A stretch of 63,836 bases of DNA, counting the filler, from Octopus bimaculoides (lineage: Eukaryota), in assembly GCF_001194135.2 (NCBI RefSeq). It is 7 parts of 6 records of this genome, joined end to end, with 100 filler letters (N's around TTAATTAATTAA, not from the genome) between each part and the next. Parts side by side here need not be neighbours in the genome. Positions count along the whole stretch, not along the records: positions 1 to 8,105 come from NC_069002.1; positions 8,206 to 20,457 come from NC_068983.1; 5 more parts are not named here. One strand, written 5' to 3'. Made by a program: the position numbers and the translations under genes. The notes beneath the pieces are model-generated. The model was not told where the DNA came from. It made no database searches and worked only from the letters and a program-made list of their open reading frames with translations. This document shows, in pieces, positions 1-12,459 of this stretch (within the stretch, counting starts at the first letter, position 1; every line of letters begins with the position of its first letter).

Positions 1-58
1 TATATATATATATATATATATACAAAGCCAATAAGTAACAAGGAGTTCCAGGTATCAG

Positions 59-145
59 TGCATTACGGCCGTTCCAAGCGGCTCGATTTAATCGAGCAAT
101 GCAAGCATTACATCAATTTGAAATAAACCCCTCTCCTCAGAAGCA
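59..145 (-). ncRNA. Degenerate type I hammerhead ribozyme motif at the 3' end of a Penelope-like element
   Basis: Minus strand reads tgctt-CTGAGGA-gagggg...ccgctt-GGAA-cggccg-TA-atgca. Stem I pairs 4/5 and stem II 5/6. Stem III is the palindrome ACGGCCGT. GAAA is mutated to GGAA. Confidence 0.55.
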
Positions 146-1176
146 GAGGACTATATAGATTTCGGACATACAGGATACGCCATTACAATTTTTTAGCAAA
201 TTTTTCATTAATACTAGAGATCAAAATAATTATATTACTTCTCTTTGCTATTTTTCTGGCAGAATGAATTTAGAGAAAAATATATTTAAAGCTTACTATA
301 ATCTAGAATAGCAGAAGAAAATGATGGGGGTCAAGAAAGAGGAATGGTGATAGAGCTACACTCATGTTTATCCTTTCGCATTCAACAGACTCAATGCAGC
401 ATGTAGTCTACAACCCCCTAGAATTAAATCCATTGGGAATTGACAGTTAAGCTCTTTTTGGTGGTGATTGATTAATTAATGTTAGATACTCTCCCCTACT
501 CCTATTTTACTGGGACCATAAATCCAGCTACATCTACATAAAAGATTATGTCTCAGAAGGTGCTAGTAAGATGATATATAGAGAAAAGGGGATAACCAGA
601 AAGAGGAAGGACAGGGGTGACTTAACATATTATGATTATCAAATAAAAGGGGCCTAAAATGGAAAACAAAAGGGGTCACAATGAGATCTAAGTGTGGGAA
701 TTAAAAGTACGAGAAAATATGTGAATCCAAACTTAGTAAAATGTATATATTAAAATATTGAAAGTTTAGAAAAGGGTTTAAGAACCAAGTAAGAGAAGAA
801 AGATAGATAAATCAACCTAAGCCGTAAAAATGGGGGGGTTTCATATTCAAGAGAAGCCTCATAATGCTTTTTCCTAGCATAATGCTAAGGTGGTCATGCA
901 AACACTATTCAACAATGAAGCTATAATTAAATTCAGATATCATCCGAGGAGATTGCTTTCTTTAATTCGTAAAGTTAGATACCAACTAGGAAGTGTAATG
1001 AAACTAGAAAGGTAAAGGGGAACAATGGCCGACCAAGTGGAACAGATAGATCTACTAGGACAGCCTGAGAAAGCAATGAATAGGATATATAATAAGAAAA
1101 TAGAATCTAAGGACGGTAAAATGTTTAATATGTATAATAATAGTAAGGATATGATTAAGATGAATGGAGCCTGCTC

Positions 1177-1486
1177 TGTTGGCACTCCGTCGCTTACAAC
1201 GTCGAGGGTTCCAGTTGATCCGATCAACGGAACAGCCCGCTCGTGAAATTAACGTTCAAGTGGCTGAGCACTCCACAGACACGTGTACCCTTAATGTAGT
1301 TCTCGGGGATATTCAGCGTGACACAGTGTGACAAGGCTGACCCTTTGAATTACAGACACAACAGAAACAGGAAGAAAGAGTGAGAGAAAGTTGTGGTGGA
1401 AGAGTACAGCAGGGTTCGCCACCATCCCCTGCCGGAGCCTCGTGGAGCTTTTAGGTGTTTTCGCTCAATAAACACTCACAACGCCC
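1177..1486 (-). mobile_element. SINE family A, 5'-truncated (no tRNA head)
   Basis: Reverse complement of the body and 3' end of the full copies at 3573 and 60066. Confidence 0.9.
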
Positions 1487-1754
1487 AGTGTTTATTGAGC
1501 GAAAACACCTAAAGTTCCACGAGGCTCCGGCAGGGGATGGTGGCGAACCCTGCTGTACTCTTCCACCACAACTTTCTCTCACTCTTCCTTCCTGTTTCTG
1601 TTGTGCCTGTAATTCAAAGGGGCCAGCCTTGTCACACTGTGTCACGCTGAATATCTCCGAGAACTACGTTAAGCGTACACGTGTCTGTGGAGTGCTCAGC
1701 CACTTGCACGTTAATTTCACGAGCAGGCTGTTCCGTTGATCGGATCAACTGGAA
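1487..1754 (+). mobile_element. SINE family A, truncated at both ends, inverted relative to 1177-1486
   Basis: Matches the family A body from agtgtttattgagcg to gatcaactggaa. Confidence 0.9.
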
Positions 1755-2417
1755 TGAGACCATATTTAATAATCAAACAGTGAGTTTGAGAGTTAATAGA
1801 AGGATTGATAGGATTCGCTTTCATAAACATAAGAATTCTAGAAATAATAACACCACAAAACTAGCAAAGAAAAGCAACATAATTATTTTAGTTTCTAGTA
1901 TTGATGTAAAATGGTGTATCCTGTATGTTGGGAATCTATATGGTCGTCTGCCTCCGAGGAGAGCTGTTTATTTTAAATTGATGTAATGTTCACATCGATT
2001 GATTAAATGGAGCCAGTAAATATTAACATAAAAATAGAGCTTGGTTCTCTCTGTGTCTCACTGAAATTGAAGTTGGAGGAACGATAATGAATTTAAGAAA
2101 CTAGCGAGGGATTGACACAGAGGATTCCAAGAATTGTATAGACAAATAGTTGCCTGATAATTAAGTTTGTTTGATATTTGTATATAATAAAAATTTTATT
2201 CGGTTTTCCTTTCTTTCAGGTTCTATTTATTTTTAGTTGAATTGTGAAGTTACATTACAATATGCAATTTTCTGTCAATATATTCACGTTTTATTGACAA
2301 ATATATTTTTACTTGAATGTCGTATTCAACTTGCTAAACGGTTAAATCTATAAGCTAGCTATAAATTAAAAATATATAATAATAAAAAAAATTCCATTTG
2401 ATATAGTTACCATTGTT

Positions 2418-2626
2418 AGGCGAGTTGGCCGAATCGTTAGCACACCGAGCAAAATGCTTAACGGTATTTCATGCGCTATGTTCTGAGTTCAAATTCCGCT
2501 GCGGTCGACTTAGCTTTTCATCTTTCCGGGGTCGATAAAATGAGTACCAGTTGTGCACTGGGGTTAATGTAATGAACTTGCATCCTCTCCCACAATTGCC
2601 GGCCTTGTACCAAAATATGAAACCAG
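2418..2626 (+). mobile_element. SINE family B (tRNA-like head, Meta/MESC-like central domain), tail type 1
   Basis: ggcgagttggccgaatcgttagc...gagttcaaattcc (A/B-box-like), then cttttcatctttccggggtcgataaaatgagtaccag, then tail ggccttgtaccaaaatatgaaacc. Confidence 0.8.
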
Positions 2627-2644
2627 AATATTAACATTCTAATG

Positions 2645-2845
2645 TGGCGAGCTGGCAGAATCGTTAACACACCGGACTAAATGCTTAATGGTATTTCATG
2701 CGTTATTATGTTATGAGCTCAAATTCCTCCGAAGTCGACTTTGCCTTTCGTCCTTCCGAGATCGATAAAATAAATACCAGTTGAGCACTGGAGTCGACGT
2801 ATCCTTCCTCCAAAATTACTGGTCTTGTGCTAAAATTCGAAACCG
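2645..2845 (+). mobile_element. SINE family B, tail type 1, tandem to the previous copy
   Basis: Same head, central domain and tail as 2418-2626. Confidence 0.8.
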
Positions 2846-3572
2846 ATTTATCAACACACGGGCGATAACAGTTTATTTAAATTCATGAACTCACCAAGTA
2901 AACGAAGCTAACAAAAGCATTATTGTTTGGGAAACCTTAAACGGCTTTTGTATAAATTTTGTAAGATGTTGGATATTTTCTTCCTCCATCAAACGTGTCA
3001 TACATACAAAACATGCACCCACACATATATATCAATTAATTCCTGCGAAGATGCTATAGGATTTTGCACAAGCACTCGGCTCTGGAGGCACTTTTTTTGT
3101 AGCAAAAACAACTGTAAGCTAATCTGTTTGTCATCCATTTACTGATATTGCACTCTGTACTCTCCTAACACTTTGCCCTAAAACGTAAATATATTCAGTT
3201 CTCACAACTGGTTACTTGTACCGCTCTAGCAGAGAAACCGCCCTCCGGGCTGTTTTCTCCTTGCATACGTGTTGCGCATATTAATATTACGCATGAGATA
3301 TGATACATGAATTATAAAGTAAATTGGCAATATGCACATGAATTGAACAAAGACTCTGTTATAGTTTATTCTGTAATCAGTAAAATAATCCATGATGCAT
3401 TTAAAAAAGACAATGAAAATTGGAAAAGAGTTGAGGCTGTCAAGGGAAAATGTTCATAAATCTTCATTTGAGTAAATTTGAAAATAGATTCTCTGGAGGG
3501 AATTAATAAATTACATTTACCAATATGAAGAGTTGAGTTTTGATCTATTGCTGTTTCATTATATTCCCTTAT

Positions 3573-3958
3573 GTGGAGGACCAATGGCCCAGTGGTTAGG
3601 GCAGCGAACTCGCGGTCATAGGATCGCGCTTTCGATTCCCAGACCGGGCGTTGTGAGTGTTTATTGAGCGAAAACACCTAAAGCTCCACAAGGCTCCGGC
3701 AGAGGATGGTGGCGAACCCTGCTGTACTCTTCCACCACAACTTTCTCTCACTCTTACTTCCTGTTTCTGTTGTGCCTGTAATTCAAAGGGACCAGCCTTG
3801 TCACACTGTGTCACACTGAATATCCCCGAGAACGACATTAAGGGTACACGTGTCTGTGGAGTGCTCAGCCACTTGCACGTTAATTTCACGAGCAAGCTGT
3901 TCCGTTGATCGGATCAACTGGAACCTTCGACGTCGTAAGCGACGGAGTGTCAACAACA
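3573..3958 (+). mobile_element. Full-length SINE family A (tRNA-Arg-like head)
   Basis: A box tggcccagtggttagg, anticodon-like TCG, B box tttcgattccc, about 390 bp, ends in caacaaca. Three other near-complete copies are in the window. Confidence 0.9.
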
Positions 3959-4127
3959 TATGACGGAATGCCAACAACTGGGAAGGTTCATCACCAAGAT
4001 TCGTTGCCAGACCTTCAATAGACCTGTTCATATTTCTCTAAATGTTTGTTATTTTTGTTGCAAGTTGTTGATGTGGTAATTAAGTTACATTTGCAGGTAT
4101 TTGTTGAGATGTTGTAGAGCGATTATT

Positions 4128-4253
4128 CTTTTCTAGAAAGCCCGAATTTTCTGGGGAGGGGACCAGTCGATTACATCAACCTCAGTACGCAACTGGTAAT
4201 TAATTTATCGATCCAGAAAGGATGAAAGGCAAAGTCGACCTCGACGGAATTTA
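4128..4253 (-). mobile_element. 5'-truncated SINE family B with 13-bp target-site duplication
   Basis: Central domain on the minus strand, flanked by direct repeats tagagcgattatt at 4115-4127 and 4254-4266. Confidence 0.8.
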
Positions 4254-4371
4254 TAGAGCGATTATTGTTGGACTGAATTACCCTCTTCTCTCTTTGCCGT
4301 TGTGCATGTGCCGCCAAACGTTGAGATTTTGAAGAGAAATGTTTTCGGTGTGCCTTGTTGACTTTGCCGCA

Positions 4372-4373
<2 letters not shown>

Positions 4374-4456
<83 letters not shown>
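4374..4456. repeat. Compound (CT)n(AT)n microsatellite
   Basis: Seen directly. Confidence 0.95.
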
Positions 4457-4460
<4 letters not shown>

Positions 4461-5160
4461 GTCATAAGAACGGAAATCGGCATTTAAAAATTTTAAACGC
4501 AAGCGAATCTTATATTAAGTATTATTTCTTATGCCTAATATACAAATAAAATTTGTAGTTTAATAATTACATAATATATCCATTCTGTTTACATAGCTGT
4601 CGTTGTGTTTATATCCTGCAATTTAGATCGATAAGGTAAGTAACAGGCATGAAGAAGAAGTAATGGAGATGATATTATTGACTAAATAATTTCAACGTGG
4701 TACTCCAGCATGGTCGCTGTCTAACACAATTTGAAAACTTAAATCTATACACAGGGATTGGTGTTTTCTGCATTATCTAACACGGTTAAAAATAATTTAC
4801 TCCCTTTTTTTTTTTCGCTCTATGAAATTTTTTTACGAACAAAGGAAAACACTAAATGTTTACATATGGAATTCAAATGGAAGTTGATATTTAAAACAAA
4901 AGCGAATCTTGTATTATTAAGCATGGATCTATTCCATCTCAATCACAGATTTTTTAATAGTTCTTTTTTTTAACTAAACAATTTGAAACTTTTATTTTTA
5001 GGGTTATTTTTCTGTTTTTAACATATATAATCTGACAGATTCAATAACCAAATCAACTGATACATACAGCTAGAAATTTACAGGTGTTTGCGACAGCTCG
5101 GAGAGTATTTCACAATACTCTCAAGAGCTGTGTTACTTATTTGGGCATTTCATCATGTTT

Positions 5161-5381
5161 AATATTGATTTCAAACTCTGGCACAGGGCCAGCAATTTCG
5201 GGTGGGAGGGTTAAATGTCGATTACATCGATCCAAATGCTCAACTGGTATTTATTTTATCGACCCCGAAAGGATGAAAGTCAAATTTTAACCCGACTGAA
5301 TTTTTAAACTCAGAACGTAAACCGGATGAAATGCCGCTAAGCATTTTGTCCAGTGTGCTAAGAATTCTGCTTGTTCACCGC
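5161..5381 (-). mobile_element. SINE family B, tail type 1
   Basis: Reverse complement of the family B head, central domain and tail. Confidence 0.8.
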
Positions 5382-5393
5382 TCTATTCTTGTT

Positions 5394-5614
5394 TAATACC
5401 AGTTTCCTATTCTGGCACAAGACCAGCAGCTTCGGGGGAAGGATAAGTCGATTAGATCGACCCCAGTACGCAACTGGTACTTAATTTATCGACCCCTGAA
5501 GGATGAAAGGCAAAGTCGACCTCTGCGGAATTTTAAACTCAGAACGTAAAGACGGATGAAATGCCGCTAGTCATTTTGTCCGGCGTGCAAACGATCCTGC
5601 CAGCTTGCTGCCCT
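5394..5614 (-). mobile_element. SINE family B, tail type 1, tandem to the previous copy
   Basis: Reverse complement of family B, including the gtcga-N5-tcgac stem-loop at 5447-5461. Confidence 0.8.
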
Positions 5615-7047
5615 AATCATATTTAATATTGCTTATGTATAGTCATTATATGACTAGCTTCGTCATAACAAATCATATCTGTATTTGTAACAAAGTGTAA
5701 TATTCTATGCCGTACTACGACAAGAAACTACTCGTTATTCTTGTTAGATATTAAATTTTCTTCCAGTTGATCTTTTCGAAAGGTCTGTTTGTCACTTTGA
5801 TGTTCTTTCTTCATTGATGTGATAAACAGATGCGTTCCCTCTCAGTGATAATGTTATTCCTGATAAAATCCTGTTTTACATAAATGATTCTGTTGACATT
5901 TAAATTTCACGACATCGAGTAAGATCGGTATTTCTCTTTATCCATTATTGAAATGTTGTATTTTTGTAGCGGCGAAATCTTTTATGTTACAATGAAGAAA
6001 TTATGAAATCGCTTTTCTGCTTGCCTTTAAAATTTCTGAAAGTTGTTATGTGAAAGTGGTTATGTAGAAGATTTGTTGCGGTTTTAAAACGACAAATATA
6101 TTTGCTGAGAGCAGACGTAAAGTTAATTACAAATACACTTCCGAGTAAGCAGAAGATAGAATGCTGTCACGTGTGTAAGTATAAGTGTAAGAGAAAAATT
6201 CACAATAAAAATGTACAGAGGTACTGCAGAAGATTAATAAACTCCACTGTGTCATTGAATAAACACATAGATTTAACACTGGTTCATTTATTGCTAGTAT
6301 TTGAAGGAACCAAAAATAAGTCATAACTGCAAATATACAAAGAAATCCTTCAGGCAAAGATGTAGATGATACTTAATAAACATGTAGATTCAACGGATCC
6401 ATGTAAGCTTAGATTTTACTCACTGGTTTTGATGGGTTATTTAAGATTATAATGGAAGTAGTTATGCGGCTAATTACGATAGTTTAAGCTATAAAAGAAG
6501 ATTAAGAAATAAAAAAAAATTACTGACAACATAAAAAATATCTTATCACTTTGTGTATTCTGTAAAGGAATAAGATGTAAACATATAGCGTATTTAATCG
6601 GGAAGGAAATATATATTTCTGGCCAGCCAACCGTGCATAGTCAATAAATGAATATCTAAATAAATATAAATCAATAAAAAAAAACTATAAAAAGAATAAA
6701 TAGATTATTTGATTGATATGGTATGACTAACGGAGAGGAAGATATCGGGGCAAAAAAAGATTGAAGAAGTAAGTAAATTTGAATAGAAGCACCAAGGACG
6801 CTGATTATGGAAAAAAATAATAGGAACCACAACGGAAGAACTTCTAAGAGTGATAAACATGCAATGAACCGCAAAAGAACCATGGTAACCGAAAAAAATT
6901 AATAATAGATAACTGAAACCTTTTAACTAGTGAACAGCAGAAAATTTACTTTACAAAAGTTATTTATTTTTATGAAAATACTTAGAACGAAATATCATGA
7001 TAATTGGAAAGTCTACAGATTTGCTGAGATTTGTTTGAACGTGCAAA

Positions 7048-7357
7048 GGCGTGGCGGTGTGGCAAGAAGCTTGCTTCCCAAATACATGGTTCCGAGTTCA
7101 GTCTCACTGCGTGTCACCTTGGGCAAGTGTGTCTTCTACTATAGCCTCGGGCCGACTAAAGCCTTTTGAGTGGATTTGGTAGACAGAAACTGAGTTTGTC
7201 TCACCACCACCGCTTGACAACCGGTGTTGGTGTGTTTGCATCCCCGTAAAATTAGCGGTTCGGCAAAAGATACCGATAGAATGCGTGTCAAACTTTTAAT
7301 ACATGAGTACTGAGGGTGATCCCTTCGACTAAAACCATTCAAGGTTGTGCTCCAGCA
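7048..7357 (+). mobile_element. SINE family C (CORE-like), copy lacking the internal microsatellite
   Basis: tRNA-like head, CORE-like ccttgggcaagtgtgtcttctactatagcctcggg, and 3' half joined directly at gaaactga|gtttgtc. Cut by a gap. Confidence 0.8.
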
Positions 7358-8011
7358 NNNNNNNNNNNNNNNNNNNNNNNNNNNNNNNNNNNNNNNNNNN
7401 NNNNNNNNNNNNNNNNNNNNNNNNNNNNNNNNNNNNNNNNNNNNNNNNNNNNNNNNNNNNNNNNNNNNNNNNNNNNNNNNNNNNNNNNNNNNNNNNNNNN
7501 NNNNNNNNNNNNNNNNNNNNNNNNNNNNNNNNNNNNNNNNNNNNNNNNNNNNNNNNNNNNNNNNNNNNNNNNNNNNNNNNNTAAGGTTTTTATTGCCCCA
7601 AAATATACCCCGTCATTTTCAATAATGATAACAATGTGTTTTATGTTTGAAAGAAAGAAGAACAAACACTAAAGATAAAAAGGAAAAAAAAGACAATTTC
7701 TCTACACAAAAAACAACTAGGTACAACAGGGTCGCATTATTGCCATCACCAACACTACCATTATTAGCAAAACACATACATCACAGAGGGTGAAGAGATG
7801 GAGTCTCCAGCAATCTATAATTTGTAATTTGTAATATGTTGTAATATGTTATAATATTTTATGAGACATTTTATGATGTGGTTTGTTTATCCTGGGTACT
7901 CTATTGAAATGTGCATAGGTTTGGCTTATTGTGGTTGTTTCTACTATTATAATTGTTGCTGCAATAAAGTATCTTCAATGCATCGATTTTGAGCTCTATC
8001 TTTTAAGAGAC

Positions 8012-8046
<35 letters not shown>

Positions 8047-8105
8047 CAAAAACTCACCTGTGGGGTTTTGCTAAGACTGTTAACAGATACTATATATTTT
8101 GTAAA

Positions 8106-8205
8106 NNNNNNNNNNNNNNNNNNNNNNNNNNNNNNNNNNNNNNNNNNNNTTAATTAATTAANNNNNNNNNNNNNNNNNNNNNNNNNNNNNNNNNNNNNNN
8201 NNNNN
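8106..8205. other. Artificial scaffold linker 44N-TTAATTAATTAA-44N
   Basis: Exactly 100 bp. Identical copies at 20458-20557, 23247-23346, 49796-49895, 58697-58796 and 62552-62651. Confidence 0.95.
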
Positions 8206-8357
8206 GAACAATATGCTTCATCGCGTCAACTTCCGTGATTTTAGGAAAACTCACAGATTTTTAAGTATTAAAAAATTTTTTTTTTTTTTTTTGTAATATC
8301 TTAAAACGTTTTTATGCTTCGAAATTATATATTTTGAACTCTTTTAAATCTTTAATG

Positions 8358-8445
8358 TACCTCTGATGAGAGAAATGTGGTCAGGTGTTATGGATGAAAA
8401 ACTCACTCTTTGCAAACCACAACTTTTCGAAACGATCGTAAGAAT
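8358..8445 (+). ncRNA. Type I hammerhead ribozyme motif with canonical core
   Basis: CTGATGA (8363-8369); stem II gagaaatgtggt/accacaacttttc; GAAA (8429-8432); palindromic stem III ACGATCGT; GTA cleavage triplet. Stem I is eroded to 2 bp. Confidence 0.7.
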
Positions 8446-8712
8446 ATGTACTCACTAAAGATTCATCCTCATTCTTTGAACACCACCGCTCCTTGGATTC
8501 GTATCTTCTAACCTCGTCGTCCATTCGTTAAAATGTGAATGCTAACACTAAATATTAATGAAGATACATTTATGCATTATACGCTTTCATGATTTGCATA
8601 TTTATACTTGGATTGATACTGTATATGAATATACTTATGATGCGAAGTGATTTAATTTGATAAAGGGACTTGACCTTGAAATCTGTTCTCTATTCTTGCC
8701 TTATATATATAA

Positions 8713-8714
<2 letters not shown>

Positions 8715-8757
<43 letters not shown>

Positions 8758-8876
8758 ATACATACATACATACATACATATATACATACATACATACACG
8801 ACGGGTTTCTTTCAATTTCTTCACTCACAAGACTTTGGTCAGCCCGAGACTACAGTAGAAGACACTTGCCCAGGGT
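8715..8876 (-). mobile_element. SINE family C 5' fragment with its (TG)/(TACA) microsatellite
   Basis: gacgggtttctttcaatttc...agtagaagacacttgcccaggg is the reverse complement of the CORE-like part. Confidence 0.7.
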
Positions 8877-9713
8877 GAAAGATAACGACCAATATCGATA
8901 TTTTACTATCATTTTAGCTCCAATGTATCATATACTCGACTCACGTAGAAACGAAATGAATCACTGGTTAAAGATATATAATAGTTTAAAGTTTATTTGT
9001 TGACGTACTGTGCCGTCGGGACGAGTTGCCTAGCCTGATCTGAGACATTCAGTGTCCTTTAACACTCTGCGTCATGTAGGGATTTTCTTAGAACGGTACC
9101 CTGCAGCAAATTAGCGTATACAATAAACACATACACAATATATGTATGACTGATAATGCTTGCATTATTAGAGAAGCTTTTAATTCGAAATTTAATTTTG
9201 TTTCACTTGCGCTACGCCACATCAAACCAACAAATAGATTTTACACTGTTTGCATGTGTCTCTAACCAGCGATTCATTTCGATTGGAAGTGTGTCGAATG
9301 TACGACACCGAAGAATGAAAACGATAGCGAAATATCGATAGCTAGCGTTCACGTTCACCTTCGGTGCGAATTGTCTCGTCTGGCTTGACAGGCTCAAATC
9401 AATAAGTCAGCTCAAACGAGTAATCAATAAATCGGCTGAAACGGCTAATCAAACAATCCATTAGTTAATTGGTTAAATGTTTTACTAATCGACAAATAAC
9501 AACAATAAAGAGGGGAAAATAGAACAAGTGCGTGTGTTTATTGTTGGCATAATGATCCCCCCTCCAACCGACCCAAAATACAACAGTAATAGAAGTTACT
9601 TTACATGAAAAAATTACCTTCGCTTTATTTGCAAGCTAATGTTTAATATTAACATTATAATGCTCATTTTTTCTATTTTCGTTTTTACAGCTAATTATAA
9701 AGCATAATCAGCT

Positions 9714-10037
<324 letters not shown>

Positions 10038-11180
10038 NNNNNNNNNNNNNNNNNNNNNNNNNNNNNNNNNNNNNNNNNNNNNNNNNNNNNNNNNNNNNNN
10101 NNNNNNNNNNNNNNNNNNNNNNNNNNNNNNNNNNNNNNNNNNNNNNNNNNNNNNNNNNNNNNNNNNNNNNNNNNNNNNNNNNNNNNNNNNNNNNNNNNNN
10201 NNNNNNNNNNNNNNNNNNNNNNNNNNNNNNNNNNNNNNNNNNNNNNNNNNNNNNNNNNNNNNNNNNNNNNNNNNNNNNNNNNNNNNNNNNNNNNNNNNNN
10301 NNNNNNNNNNNNNNNNNNNNNNNNNNNNNNNNNNNNNNNNNNNNNNNNNNNNNNNNNNNNNNNNNNNNNNNNNNNNNNNNNNNNNNNNNNNNNNNNNNNN
10401 NNNNNNNNNNNNNNNNNNNNNNNNNNNNNNNNNNNNNNNNNNNNNNNNNNNNNNNNNNNNNNNNNNNNNNNNNNNNNNNNNNNNNNNNNNNNNNNNNNNN
10501 NNNNNNNNNNNNNNNNNNNNNNNNNNNNNNNNNNNNNNNNNNNNNNNNNNNNNNNNNNNNNNNNNNNNNNNNNNNNNNNNNNNNNNNNNNNNNNNNNNNN
10601 NNNNNNNNNNNNNNNNNNNNNNNNNNNNNNNNNNNNNNNNNNNNNNNNNNNNNNNNNNNNNNNNNNNNNNNNNNNNNNNNNNNNNNNNNNNNNNNNNNNN
10701 NNNNNNNNNNNNNNNNNNNNNNNNNNNNNNNNNNNNNNNNNNNNNNNNNNNNNNNNNNNNNNNNNNNNNNNNNNNNNNNNNNNNNNNNNNNNNNNNNNNN
10801 NNNNNNNNNNNNNNNNNNNNNNNNNNNNNNNNGGAAGCATGTGACCGTGCCGGTGTAAGGGGAAGAGAGAGAGTGGTAGAGGGAGAAACAAAGGGAGGAA
10901 GTAGAAGAATAGGTGAGCAACGAGAGGAAAAGAGAAAGAGAGGAAGTACGAGGGGGGAAAAGAGATACGTAGTAGTAACAGAGGAAGAACAAGAGGGGTA
11001 AAGCGAGATACGTAGTAGTAAAGAGGAAGAACGAGAGGGGGAAAAATGAAAGAGGAAGAGAAAGAGAAAGAGAAAGAGATAGAGTAGCGTCAGAAAATAT
11101 GAAGTTACGAAAACTACTTACAATTGGAGACGTTTTCATGTAAAAACAAATAGTAAATGAGTATATGCATATATACGTAC

Positions 11181-11233
<53 letters not shown>

Positions 11234-11591
11234 GTGTATGTATGTATGTATATTTGTATGTTTTTTTTTTTGTATGTATTCTTATGCATATAGTTACATG
11301 TCTAGACATGCTCATAGAGACCTAAATGATAAACATCTGAAAAATTTAACAGATTTGTACAGTTCCAGTGATGGATTGGACCTGTAGTCTTCGAACCACC
11401 TTTCTCCTTTCTAGTGTTGAGAATCCTAATTACTCAAGATTGGTATTTAGGCAGTGTATTACAGATCCCAGTGCCCAATATACATGTATATAACATATAT
11501 AAACTGAACCTGTAATCTTGTTAAATATAGATACCCAAGGTTTCATGGTCGAAATAACTTATTTCGCCAATTTTCAAGCTGAAAACAAGAC

Positions 11592-11657
<66 letters not shown>

Positions 11658-11990
11658 TGTGTGTGGTGATTATGCATATATACATACGCATACAAGGGGT
11701 ACATATGGGTACAGACATTGTATTCATTGTTTGTGTCGGTTGTTGTTTTTATGGTCTGTCTGCTTGTGCTCCTTACATTCATCTGTTTTCCCATCAATTC
11801 AGATTATAACGAAAATTCGCGATTACTAAATGGCAGTTAAATATCGTTCATAAGGACATTTTCTCAGAAACCAGTGCAATGAAAATGATGAACCTCCTTC
11901 GAAATCACTCGAGCAGTAGGGGGGGGAAAGCGTTTTTCTTGGGAAAACAGAAAGAATTTATAGAAAAGATATTATCCAAATTAGTAGTTA

Positions 11991-12403
11991 TTTTACTCTT
12001 TTACTCTTTTACTTGTTTCAGTCATGTGACTGTGGCCATGCTGGAGCACCGCCTCTAGTCGAGCAAATCGACCCCAGGACTTATTCTTTATACGCCTAGT
12101 ACTTATTCTATGTCTCTTTTTTGCCGAACCGCTAAGTTACGGGGACCTAAACACAGCATCAGTTGTCAACCGATGTTGGGGGACAAACACAGACACACAA
12201 ACATATACACACACATACATAGATATATATGCATATATACAACGGGCTTCTTTCAGTTTCCGTCTACCAAATCCACTCACAATGCTTTGGTCGGCCCGAG
12301 GCTGTAGTAGAAGACACTTGCCCAAGGTGCCACGCAGTGGGACTGAACCCGGAACCATGTGGTTCGGAAGCAAGCTACTTACCACACAGCCACTCCTGCG
12401 CCT
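11991..12403 (-). mobile_element. Full-length SINE family C
   Basis: Head, CORE-like block, short internal microsatellite, 3' module and (ttttactc)n-type tail all present. Confidence 0.9.
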
Positions 12404-12459
12404 ATACTATTTATTTTTCCATTAATGCAATTGCGAAAAGTGTTTTTATTAAGAAAGTA

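Larger units (their letters stand above)
250..2160 (-). mobile_element. Highly decayed Penelope-like element (RT and GIY-YIG remnants), interrupted by a SINE pair
   Basis: Frameshifted minus-strand remnants occur in PLE order: SIDV (about 1990; RT motif A-like), LPF (about 1005), RIKESNLLG*YLN (like YRKxTxxGxYLN; about 930-970), GVVDYMLH*VC (like GVVY..C..C; about 385-415). A hammerhead-like motif follows at 59-145. Confidence 0.45.

Noticed and set aside
200-2160. Mitochondrial insertion (hydrophobic minus-strand ORF at 940-1227)
   Set aside because: No mitochondrial protein motif was recognisable under the invertebrate mitochondrial code. A decayed PLE explains it better.
3573-3650. tRNA genes (tRNA-Arg-like here, at 60066 and 62175-62250; other tRNA-like heads at 49395-49590)
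   Set aside because: They have A/B boxes but no proper acceptor stem or terminator, and run into repeat bodies, so they are SINE-type heads.
9285-9310. gtgtcg-aatgta-cgacac hairpin as a Helitron 3' end or regulatory element
   Set aside because: No following CTRR and no second copy. A 6-bp stem can arise by chance.
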